This document shows positions 50,126 through 58,550 of a stretch of DNA of 64,000 nt, piece by piece. The position numbers and the translations under genes are program-made. Source of the stretch: an uncultured Candidatus Saccharibacteria bacterium (GTDB taxonomy: Bacteria; Patescibacteriota; Doudnabacteria; UBA920); assembly GCA_964434195.1 (NCBI GenBank), contig CAYSUI010000001.1, forward strand, positions 8,931 through 72,930. Reading direction: 5' to 3'. The notes beneath the pieces were generated by a model. That model searched no databases, had not been told where the DNA came from, and was given only the letters and a program-made list of their open reading frames with translations. Within the stretch, counting starts at the first letter, position 1; each line of letters opens with the position of its first letter.

Positions 50126-50163
50126 TGACTAGTAAAACGCGCGGGCGCGCGTTTTACTAGTCT
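50126..50163. repeat. 38-bp palindrome, copy 4 (between convergent genes)
   Basis: TGACTAGTAAAACGCGCG-GG-CGCGCGTTTTACTAGTCT. Confidence 0.96.
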
Positions 50164-50165
50164 TT

Positions 50166-50765
50166 TTAATAGTCGATCCCTCTCTGAGCGAGGATACCTT
50201 TGTAGTAGGGGTGTTGTACCATACGCATCTCGGTGACCATGTCACAGAGTTCTAGGATTTTTTCGTACTTATTGTGTCCGGTTATTATTAGATGGACTGG
50301 TTCGGGTTTTAACTTGATTAATTCGACAATTTCGTCTTCTGTTATTAAGCCGACTTCAAGTGCGGAAATTACTTCGTCTAGAAATACTACTTGGTATTCA
50401 CCGCTAGTAAGAATTTTTTTGGCTTTTTCTAACCCTTCTTTGGCGGCTTTTATATGTGTTTCTTTTTCCTTGGTATCACCTAGGATACCTACGAAACCTA
50501 AACCTACCTGTTCATTATGAATTTTTCCTAGGCCTTCCGGTATAGAAATTTTATTTAAAAATTCGATTTCTGCGGATAGAGGCCACTCCCCTTCTTTTGT
50601 ACGGTCTTGATCGTCTCTTTTTTTTGCTTTAACAAACTGCATTATGTAGACATTTAACCCTGCACCACTTGCGCGTATGCATGTTCCAATAGCGGCTGTA
50701 GTCTTTCCTTTTCCTGCACCTATATTACAAATAACCAAACCTTTTATAGGATTTAAATCTTTCAT
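50166..50765 (-). CDS. btuR: cob(I)alamin adenosyltransferase (BtuR/CobO/CobA family)
   Basis: G.GKGKTTAA.G...RA.G.G, QFVK, LDEV, IITG, EM....HPY..G..A.RGIDY. Confidence 0.93.
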   Translation of the reverse strand: MKDLNPIKGLVICNIGAGKGKTTAAIGTCIRASGAGLNVYIMQFVKAKKRDDQDRTKEGEWPLSAEIEFLNKISIPEGLGKIHNEQVGLGFVGILGDTKEKETHIKAAKEGLEKAKKILTSGEYQVVFLDEVISALEVGLITEDEIVELIKLKPEPVHLIITGHNKYEKILELCDMVTEMRMVQHPYYKGILAQRGIDY

Positions 50766-50900
50766 ATTTGCTTTTTTTATAATTACATGTTATAGTTAAA
50801 AGTCTATTCATTAGACTCGCGTGTGGTATTATCTACACACGTAAGAACATAGTTTGTCGCAACTCACCCGCGACACGGAAAGAATGTAGGTTACGGTAAG

Positions 50901-51179
50901 GTGGAACCAATACTTGGTTTTTTGGTGATTGGCGTTCTTATTTTTGTTTCCGGTATGGCTTGTCGGACTTTCGGAGGAATTATAGCAGTAATTGTAGGTG
51001 GGATTCTGGTTTGGATTATCACCCACTCTCTAACATCGGGGAACCCGATCGATGCACACACAATACCCCAAGTCGCCCAAGAGGCGAGCACTGAGTTAAC
51101 AAGAAATTCATTTAATTGGTTTCCTTCGGCGATGGCCGAAATGGCATTCCTGCTAGGATCGTTTTTCGCAAGAGACTAG
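50901..51179 (+). CDS. small membrane protein
   Basis: hydrophobic segments; terminator directly after the stop. Confidence 0.55.
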   Translation: MEPILGFLVIGVLIFVSGMACRTFGGIIAVIVGGILVWIITHSLTSGNPIDAHTIPQVAQEASTELTRNSFNWFPSAMAEMAFLLGSFFARD

Positions 51180-51253
51180 ACCGCAATTGAGCGGTTTTTT
51201 ATTTGACTCAACAGTTTACAAAGATTTATATTTTCTTAAAAGGAGGAATCGGG

Positions 51254-51490
51254 ATGATTGCTGGACTCTGTAACATGCAAACCAAATTGGTAAGTCAACG
51301 ACTTCTGAAACACTCTTGGACAGAGCTTAGTCAAGAAGAAAGATCAGAACTGATAAGGCTAATGATTTATGTAGAGCGAGAATCTCGGTGGGGCCAATGG
51401 CTCGACCTTGGGGTAACGTTTTTCCTCTGCCAAATTGGTCTTGGGGTTTTTTACTTTCTCTTCTACCAAGTTTCTAACCTCTTATATTGA
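51254..51490 (+). CDS. small membrane protein
   Basis: AAGGAGG RBS; C-terminal TM; terminator. Confidence 0.55.
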   Translation: MIAGLCNMQTKLVSQRLLKHSWTELSQEERSELIRLMIYVERESRWGQWLDLGVTFFLCQIGLGVFYFLFYQVSNLLY

Positions 51491-51570
51491 CCGATTGACT
51501 ATTGGTCTTTTTTATATTAAAATATTTACTTATTTATACATTAAACTAAAATTTTTCAAGGGGGTGAGGA

Positions 51571-51906
51571 ATGAACAAGTTAATCCCAGCTGAGGTTTTC
51601 GATAAAACAACTTCAGAGATAAAAAACCTTTTAGAGACTATCGATGTCGGACTTAGAGCATCCGGTAGTTACAGCAACTCTGAAAGGATAGGTAAGGTTT
51701 TGTCTCTCTTAACTGCACTTATGAATTCGGCAAGCGTCTCAGATCCAGAAGAAGAAATTTCTCCTACAAACATTAAGAACGAGACTCTGATTGAACTACT
51801 AAGAGGTCATTGGTTAATGACTAACGTCTCTACTGGCAGCCATAGAACCAGAAGACTTGGCGCTGATATTTTTCAGAAGGCAAAAAAGATACTTTTTAGG
51901 AATTAA
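51571..51906 (+). CDS. hypothetical protein
   Basis: purine-rich RBS; terminator after the stop. Confidence 0.6.
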   Translation: MNKLIPAEVFDKTTSEIKNLLETIDVGLRASGSYSNSERIGKVLSLLTALMNSASVSDPEEEISPTNIKNETLIELLRGHWLMTNVSTGSHRTRRLGADIFQKAKKILFRN

Positions 51907-52034
51907 TATACACACATTAAGTGTGTTTTTTTAATGAGCACAAAACAAACTATAATATGTTTAATTGACTTTTTTAAAAATAAATGCTATAATATGATTT
52001 ATTATCCAAATCTTTTTTAAATCGGAGAAATGGT

Positions 52035-52277
52035 ATGAGAATAGATAGTATTCAAGCATTACTCGACAAAAACAATTACTCTGGTGAGAAAATTAAGTTA
52101 GTAACTCCGGGGGGACTTATTGAAGTCACTGGAGTTGAGAAGAGTAATGCCGGCGAAGAACTCGGTTTTGAATTTAAAACCGAAGATGATGGTTGGGGGT
52201 TTTTGACCCCAGAAAGTATTTCCGGAATAATCTTCCCCCCTTCGCCGAAAGCCAACCCCTACGGCAAATTTCAATAA
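52035..52277 (+). CDS. small beta-rich (possibly Sm-like) protein
   Basis: promoter TTGACT-N17-TATAAT upstream; GGAG RBS; IKLVTPGG...FLTPESISGI. Confidence 0.6.
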   Translation: MRIDSIQALLDKNNYSGEKIKLVTPGGLIEVTGVEKSNAGEELGFEFKTEDDGWGFLTPESISGIIFPPSPKANPYGKFQ

Positions 52278-52332
52278 ACCCACAAGACCCACCGGTCTTT
52301 TTTTGTTTCCCATAGAGCAAAGTTTTTTATTA

Positions 52333-52430
52333 CTACACCGGGGTCCTGTCATTCGGCACCCCCACTGGGTGCTCGGATGCACTGCGCGCCCATTGGGGGT
52401 CCCCCGCCCAATGCCACCCCTTGCGTGTAG
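52333..52430. other. GC-rich multi-stem element (candidate ncRNA or REP-like element)
   Basis: closing stem CTACAC/GTGTAG and GGGGT/ACCCC; inner hairpins CATTCGGCACCC..GGGTGCTCGGATG and CATTGGG..CCCAATG. Confidence 0.5.
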
Positions 52431-52437
52431 GATTTTT

Positions 52438-52998
52438 CTAGTTTTTGCTATCCAACTTTTGAACTTCTAAAGTATGGACGGCAACGCTAATAATTCCTTT
52501 ATTATTGGAGACACTGACTCTATTCTTCATTAAATATCTCGTACCAAGAACGTTCCTTACAATAAAATTAATGTTTTTTGTTTGAACTTCACCTGTTTTA
52601 ATAGACTGTTCTAACATATTTCCAGTAAAACTATCCTGAAGCTCAAATACCCCTCTCCCCGATAAATAATAACTACCGGTGTAGCCGAACTTAATTCCTT
52701 CTTCTGGATCATTTTCAAACTCTACAAATACATGGGTATTACCAGTATTCTCGAGCTTAAATACGAGGTATATAACTCCATTATTTTGTATTCTTTCAGT
52801 TCTAAGATTCATACTGAAAGCATCTGCGGTCATTTTGTCCAATTCAACCTGTTCATTCATTAACCAAACCTGCCTGAACCCTATTTTATATGCAAGAAAA
52901 GCAGCTATAGTTGCCGCTATTGTGGTAAGAAAACTAGAATCTAAAAAACTATGTATACAGTGAATTAAAGGAGATGCGAAAAGACAAATTTCTTGCAT
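52438..52998 (-). CDS. single-TM hypothetical protein
   Basis: N-terminal TM followed by a beta-rich domain (LENTG). Confidence 0.65.
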   Translation of the reverse strand: MQEICLFASPLIHCIHSFLDSSFLTTIAATIAAFLAYKIGFRQVWLMNEQVELDKMTADAFSMNLRTERIQNNGVIYLVFKLENTGNTHVFVEFENDPEEGIKFGYTGSYYLSGRGVFELQDSFTGNMLEQSIKTGEVQTKNINFIVRNVLGTRYLMKNRVSVSNNKGIISVAVHTLEVQKLDSKN

Positions 52999-53122
52999 AT
53001 ATTTAATAGCATATTCCCGGAGCTGGCTTTGCCGGGCCGGGAATATATCAGCGGAAAGGGTGAGTCATGAGAGGGAAAACCATTGTTTTCCCTCTCATTA
53101 GCGAAGCGTAAGCGTAGCGTGT

Positions 53123-55789
53123 TTATCCACACTTCGAGTAACCACAGTTATCACACTTCATACAACCTTCTTGGAAGATAAGCATACCTGCGCAAGTAGG
53201 ACACACTGGGGCGTTACCTAGATTGGCGATAGAGATTTTCTCTGTTTTTTTGTAAGTTAGAGCTCCGTTTGTCTTAAGCACTTCCGAACTTACAGTTTGC
53301 ATAACTGGTTGTTTTTCTTCGGCTGGCGAATCTACCTGAATGCTTTCGGTGAGGAGATGTTCTTTTGGAGCGTCGTTTGGTTTGAGTGGGAGCTGGTTCT
53401 GACCGCGCTTGGCGTGCTTTTCTAAGATTTTACCAATTGCATCTGGAAGAGAGTAAATCATTTCTCCGTCTGCGAAAGATACATCTGGTCCACGAATACC
53501 TTTTAGCTGACCTATGACTTCTTCGACTGCGATATTAGAGCGGAGCGCGAGGCTTATCATTCTGGTTATGGCTTCGGTTTGAGCGGAGAAGAAACCACCG
53601 GTTTTACCGAGACTAGCGAAGACTTCAAATGGACCGTGATTGTCTTCGTTAACAGTTACATAGAGATGTCCGTATGCGGTGTTTAGTTTGTAAGTAGTAC
53701 CAGCAAGAACCGAGGGGCGTTCTCTTGGAGCGATTTTGAACTGAATCTCTCCACCTTGGACACTCATAACTTCTGCTACTGGTCTTTCGGTTTTTGTCTT
53801 TTCTTTACCTTCGAGTTGCTCCTGAACGTCTTTACCTAAGTTCTTGGTGTCGGTAGCGAGAATCTGTTCATCTCGGGATCCGTCTCTATAGATAGTTCCA
53901 CCCTTACAGCCGAGGTCGTACATAAGTTCGTAGAGCTGTTTGGTTTGTTCGATTGTATAGTCGTGTGGAGCGTTACAGGTTTTACTTATAGCTGAGTCTG
54001 TCCAGCGTTGAACAGCGGCTTGTACTCGAACATGTTCTTCTGGAGAGAGCTCCATTGCAGTAACAAAATAGTCTGGAAGCTCTTTACCTGGGTTTTTATC
54101 CATCCAGTCCTTAGCGAGTTTGATGTGTTCTTGGTGCACACCTAGCCTACTCTTTCTGAAGTATGTCCAAGAATAGTATGGCTCTATACCGGTAGATGTA
54201 CCAACCATGGTACCGACTGTTCCTGTAGGAGCTTGAGTGAGTATAGTAACGTTCCTTATACCGTATTGTTTAACCTGAGCTCTTATGTACTCTGGCATTC
54301 CTTTCATGAAACCGGATTCCAAGAATTTATCTGCATCGAACCTTCCAAATGCACCTTTTTCCCTTGCGAGCTCGATACTAGTTTCGTATGCGGTTATGGC
54401 AATGAATTGATAAATTTTATCTATGAATTTTGTAGACTCAGGACTTCCATAACGAACTCCAAGGTTAATCATCATATCTGCAAGACCGATAGTTCCCATG
54501 CCAACTCTTCTTTCGGACATTTGCTGGTCGAAATTTTCTTTGAAGAAATATGGTGTAGAATCTACAACGTTATCCTGGAAACGAACAGCATATTGAACTG
54601 TGGTTTTTAGCTTGTTCCAATCTACGTCAGTTTTATCTTCGTTGATGTGCTTGGCGAGGTTTACATGACCAAGATTACATACTCCCCAAGCAGGAAGTGG
54701 CTGCTCTCCACAAGGGTTAGTACTTGGTAGTGGTGCAAAGTAGTACGAATTACTAAAGTAGTTGGCACGGTCTATAAAGTACATTCCAGGTTCTGCGCTG
54801 GACCAAGCTGATTCGATAATGTTATTCCAAATCTCACGGGCTTTTACGGTTTTGTGTTTGATAATTTTACCACCGAGATTTTTCCATTTAGCCAGATTAC
54901 CATCCCATTCCTTTTCGTACATGGAGTCGCTGGAGTCTGGGAAAACTAGATCCCATTCTTTGTCGGCTTTAACCGCTGCCATAAAGTCGTCGGTTATACC
55001 TACGGAAATATTTGCGTTGGTAATTTTACCAGCTTCTTTTTTGGAGTTTATGAAATCTACAACATCTGGATGCCAGACATTTAAGATAAGCATAAGCGCT
55101 CCTCTTCTGGATCCGCCTTGTTCAATGAGACCGGTAACAAAACTATAGAGACTTGCCCAAGAAACAGAACCACTGCTTCTACCATTTACACCTTTTACAT
55201 AAGCGTAACGCGGTCTTAGAGAAGAAACGTTTATTCCTACTCCACCACCTCTGGACATTATTTCTGCCATTTGTCCGAGCGTTTCGAATATTCCATGACG
55301 ACTATCTTTTGGAGAAGGAATAACGTAGCAGTTATAGTAAGTTAAGTTTTGTCCGGTTCCAGCACCAGTAAAAATACGACCACCCGGTACGTATTTCCAG
55401 TCTTCCATAAGCTCTCTAAATTTTTCTGTCCAGAGAGTTCTTTTTTCTTCGGTAAGCTCTACACTTGCAATATGCTTAGCAATACGCTCAAACATTTGCT
55501 CTGGAACAGTTTCGAGTGGCTTATCTATGTGCTCAATGGATCTGGTTTCAACTGCACCATCTCTGAGTTTTACAGTAACTTCTTTTTTTTCTGTATCTAG
55601 AGTTTCTACAACCCCTATTTCTCTTTGGCCGGTTTTAAGATTTACATTAATAACCACTGTGTCACCCACAGCGAGAGTTTCTTTTTTCGCGTCTTTAATA
55701 GCGTAGCGGTCGAGGAAGATTTTTTCGCCGAGTTCAGCGAGGGCGTTCTTCGTTCTTGCCTGTAGATTGTCTTTGATTTGGGTGGACAT
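53123..55789 (-). CDS. nrdJ: class II (adenosylcobalamin-dependent) ribonucleotide reductase
   Basis: NCYV, QGG.RRGA, TNPCGEQPL, APTGT, C-terminal TSCPD-like domain and CPTC..C..CGYSKC; no beta-subunit gene nearby. Confidence 0.95.
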   Translation of the reverse strand: MSTQIKDNLQARTKNALAELGEKIFLDRYAIKDAKKETLAVGDTVVINVNLKTGQREIGVVETLDTEKKEVTVKLRDGAVETRSIEHIDKPLETVPEQMFERIAKHIASVELTEEKRTLWTEKFRELMEDWKYVPGGRIFTGAGTGQNLTYYNCYVIPSPKDSRHGIFETLGQMAEIMSRGGGVGINVSSLRPRYAYVKGVNGRSSGSVSWASLYSFVTGLIEQGGSRRGALMLILNVWHPDVVDFINSKKEAGKITNANISVGITDDFMAAVKADKEWDLVFPDSSDSMYEKEWDGNLAKWKNLGGKIIKHKTVKAREIWNNIIESAWSSAEPGMYFIDRANYFSNSYYFAPLPSTNPCGEQPLPAWGVCNLGHVNLAKHINEDKTDVDWNKLKTTVQYAVRFQDNVVDSTPYFFKENFDQQMSERRVGMGTIGLADMMINLGVRYGSPESTKFIDKIYQFIAITAYETSIELAREKGAFGRFDADKFLESGFMKGMPEYIRAQVKQYGIRNVTILTQAPTGTVGTMVGTSTGIEPYYSWTYFRKSRLGVHQEHIKLAKDWMDKNPGKELPDYFVTAMELSPEEHVRVQAAVQRWTDSAISKTCNAPHDYTIEQTKQLYELMYDLGCKGGTIYRDGSRDEQILATDTKNLGKDVQEQLEGKEKTKTERPVAEVMSVQGGEIQFKIAPRERPSVLAGTTYKLNTAYGHLYVTVNEDNHGPFEVFASLGKTGGFFSAQTEAITRMISLALRSNIAVEEVIGQLKGIRGPDVSFADGEMIYSLPDAIGKILEKHAKRGQNQLPLKPNDAPKEHLLTESIQVDSPAEEKQPVMQTVSSEVLKTNGALTYKKTEKISIANLGNAPVCPTCAGMLIFQEGCMKCDNCGYSKCG

Positions 55790-55832
55790 GGTTTTTATTA
55801 TTAATTTCTGTAAATTATGTTTTTAAATTTAT

Positions 55833-55940
55833 AAGTCAAAATTCAAAGGTCAAAAATGAAATTCAAAATTTAAAATTATTTAAAAACTTTTTATTTTTTA
55901 TTTTAAACTTTGACTTTTGAATTATAATTTTTGATTTTGT
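55833..55940. repeat. inverted heptamer arrays between nrdR and nrdJ
   Basis: (A/G/T)TCAAAA-like units facing TTTTGA-like units. Confidence 0.6.
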
Positions 55941-55942
55941 AA

Positions 55943-56389
55943 TCATAGATTCTTTAGCTCTTGCTTAAACTCTTCTACGTCTTCGAATTGCCTATAGACG
56001 GAGGCGAAACGGATATAGGCAACCTTGTCGATTTTCTTAATATGATTCATAACTATCTCGCCAATACTACTGGAGCTTATTTCCCCATCTTTAGCTTTTT
56101 TCTGTATGTCTTGTTCGATTGCAGAGAGCAGTTTTCTAATACTTTGATCGGTATGTTCTCTTTTTTGAAAAGAGCTTCTTATCCCCCTTTCTAATTTTTC
56201 CCTGGAGTAGGTCTGCTGATTACCGTTTCGCTTCATAACAGTGAGGCCGAGAATTTCCATTTCTTCGTAGGTGGAGAAACGGAAACCGCATTTGTCGCAC
56301 TCACGCCTACGTCTTATAGCAGTACCTTCTTCTATGGGACGACTGTCTAAAACTTTTGTGTCTTCTTTCTGACAATTTGGACAAATCAT
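55943..56389 (-). CDS. nrdR: transcriptional repressor NrdR
   Basis: CP.C...V.DSR...IRRRREC..C..RF.TYE, ATP cone, VAYIRFASVY. Confidence 0.99.
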   Translation of the reverse strand: MICPNCQKEDTKVLDSRPIEEGTAIRRRRECDKCGFRFSTYEEMEILGLTVMKRNGNQQTYSREKLERGIRSSFQKREHTDQSIRKLLSAIEQDIQKKAKDGEISSSSIGEIVMNHIKKIDKVAYIRFASVYRQFEDVEEFKQELKNL

Positions 56390-56394
56390 TGCAT

Positions 56395-56484
56395 AAGTTC
56401 CAAGTTTGTAAAGTTCATCAAGTTCATAAAGTAACCTCAGGTTGTACTTTAAGAACTTTATAAACTTTAAGAACTTTATAAACT
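56395..56484. repeat. inverted 9-mer arrays including an exact 18-bp tandem repeat
   Basis: AAGTT-based 9-mers facing ACTTTAAGAACTTTATAA x2 (56446-56481); related array at 63861-63942. Confidence 0.7.
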
Positions 56485-56548
56485 AATAAGTTGTGGTCAC
56501 TAAAAAAGCCTCCTGGAAATTTCTCGAAATATAATTTGGTTTCTGATT

Positions 56549-56597
56549 TCTCTATATGTAGTGTACCTGTAAGGTATATTACTACTATATGTAGGGA
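56549..56597. promoter_or_regulatory. tandem NrdR boxes
   Basis: two CTATATGTAG cores 33 bp apart (minus strand ACACTACATATAGAGA and TCCCTACATATAGTAG) upstream of nrdR-nrdJ. Confidence 0.85.
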
Positions 56598-56671
56598 GTG
56601 AGCAAATAAAAAAAGGCTTCTAAATAAGCCTAGTAGTTTTCATACTTGGTATGATATCCACAAATAGTGGA

Positions 56672-57085
56672 TTAGCCTACGAGAATATGAATCGATGGCT
56701 TTGCTTCTCTGTCAGTAGTCAACATTATGACATTCACACTTTCACATACCAACTGATTAAATTCTGCAAGGCTTATAAACCGGTTCTTTTCCCATGTTTC
56801 GAAAGCTTGTAGAATTGCACTTATATTATTTTCCCAGCCCAAAGCGTGAACCTGGTCCACCTTGAGATAGAAACCCTGAAATCCTTTAAGGACTGTCTCC
56901 TGAGAAATAACTTTTTTGGCATCCTCTTCTGTTTCTGCAAGGTAAACTTTACCGGTTTCACCATCTAAGAAGTTAATGTATTCAACGAGGAGCACAGAGA
57001 GCATACCCCCCGCTTTTACACAGAGATTATTTAGACTTGCCTCAATTTCAGCGCTTGCACCCCTACCCGAAACGACGATGTACAT
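56672..57085 (-). CDS. hypothetical protein
   Basis: GAGGAG RBS. Confidence 0.65.
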   Translation of the reverse strand: MYIVVSGRGASAEIEASLNNLCVKAGGMLSVLLVEYINFLDGETGKVYLAETEEDAKKVISQETVLKGFQGFYLKVDQVHALGWENNISAILQAFETWEKNRFISLAEFNQLVCESVNVIMLTTDREAKPSIHILVG

Positions 57086-57119
57086 TTTAATTCTCCTCGA
57101 TATTTTTGTCCTAGAAGAT

Positions 57120-57677
57120 TTATCCTAGCTCAGGAGACGACTCAATGTACAGCCGGGCAATTACTTCAGGATCTATACGTTTTCCTGTGGCTGTGAAATA
57201 CCGGCGATTAGGAGACTCTTGTTCATTGCTTGTTATTCGCATAAGCTCTAATTCCGATTCTTTCACCTCTAGCACCAGCATAATTCTCGTTCTCAAACCT
57301 AAGTAATCTCCTCCGGCTAGGTAAATGGTGTCCATACCATCCCCTTCGTCATAATTTGAGTTTTTCTGCAGAACCTGAATAACATACTCCGTTGTTATCT
57401 GACCCCCATGAACAACAACGGGAATGGTCTCTGTTGAGCAAATATTAAAACTCTGTGCCAACAGATTTGGATTTGATGTGAGAATAAGAAACGGATCCTT
57501 AATAGAGTTACCGATGGAATGTCTAGTTGTGAAAGTAGCTCTTCCACCAGAGGATAGGAGCTCGTCATAGAGACTCGCCCTGAGGACCCACTGGTTTGTG
57601 TTTGGGGCAGCAATTAAGAGCGATAGCTTGCTTGTTTGTGAATTTGTCACCTTAATAACCTCCTTGTTATTCATCAT
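57120..57677 (-). CDS. hypothetical protein
   Basis: 185-aa ORF; start uncertain. Confidence 0.6.
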   Translation of the reverse strand: MMNNKEVIKVTNSQTSKLSLLIAAPNTNQWVLRASLYDELLSSGGRATFTTRHSIGNSIKDPFLILTSNPNLLAQSFNICSTETIPVVVHGGQITTEYVIQVLQKNSNYDEGDGMDTIYLAGGDYLGLRTRIMLVLEVKESELELMRITSNEQESPNRRYFTATGKRIDPEVIARLYIESSPELG

Positions 57678-57762
57678 TTATTCCGAAACTGCAAAATATA
57701 CCACAAAACTACAACCATTACAAGAGTAAATAAAAAAACCGAGGGCATTCGGTTTAAATTTT

Positions 57763-58452
57763 TTAACCAATAAGTTCTTTGGTTCTTAGCGCTAGTTCGA
57801 TATGAGAAGTTGCTTTTAAGGTTTCTTCAGAAACAGGCGAAGCCTCAATGGTATTTTGAAAACCAAAATTTCCGCCCATTATATTTGCAACATATGCTAT
57901 ATCTGCGGGACTTAATTTAAAACCCTTATTCCAAGTCTCGAGCGCACTTATCAGCTCCAACTTGGATCTTTTAAGAGCAGGGAGAGCCTCCTCTTCCAGC
58001 TGGGTTTTAAACAGATCTGCTTTGGGATGCTTTATGGCATAAACCCATTCCAGAGTATCAGCAAGGAGTTTTGAGGCTCTATTTTGTTCTTGAATGGCTG
58101 CCCACAACTTTTCACTATCTTCACTTACCAGAGTATCGTCTGGCTTTACCGCTCTTGGACTCAGAATTCCCGGGCACATGAACACCCAGATGAACCCGGC
58201 AAAAACGATGAAAGTCAGTGGAAAAACCAAAGCATGAAAGCCCCTAGAAGAGAAGCGATCAAAAAAGGCCATGACTGAGAGAATAAAACCTAACACACCT
58301 AGAATCGTAAAGTATTTATCAAACAGTTCTCGTGATCTCCGGTAATTTTGATACTTTCTCGAGTCGTCAATGAACGACTCTAGGGCGCTACAATCGTTAG
58401 TTAAATTAATCTTTTGGTTCTTTAGCTCTGTTGCTAGATTATCACAATGCAT
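57763..58452 (-). CDS. two-TM hypothetical protein
   Basis: AAGGAGG RBS; two TM helices. Confidence 0.7.
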   Translation of the reverse strand: MHCDNLATELKNQKINLTNDCSALESFIDDSRKYQNYRRSRELFDKYFTILGVLGFILSVMAFFDRFSSRGFHALVFPLTFIVFAGFIWVFMCPGILSPRAVKPDDTLVSEDSEKLWAAIQEQNRASKLLADTLEWVYAIKHPKADLFKTQLEEEALPALKRSKLELISALETWNKGFKLSPADIAYVANIMGGNFGFQNTIEASPVSEETLKATSHIELALRTKELIG

Positions 58453-58512
58453 AGATTACCTCCTTTTTATCTGAGTTGAATGAATTTTATAACATGATCC
58501 TATTAAAAAAGC

Positions 58513-58550
58513 AATATAAAAGAGCTAGTATTTACTAGCTCTTTTATATT
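58513..58550. terminator. intrinsic terminator after ftsZ
   Basis: AATATAAAAGAGCTAGTA-TT-TACTAGCTCTTTTATATT. Confidence 0.8.

Noticed and set aside
49208-50163. CRISPR array next to a cas2
   Set aside because: The repeats are separated by about 510 and 330 bp containing whole genes, not 30-40 bp spacers, and no cas1 or effector gene is in the window.
49208-50163. Integron attC sites
   Set aside because: The palindromes are short and near perfect, without RYYYAAC/GTTRRRY ends or extrahelical bases, and no integrase is visible.
52333-52430. tRNA or SRP RNA
   Set aside because: No T-loop GTTCRA or cloverleaf spacing, and no SRP GGAA-loop/GCAGC motif on either strand.
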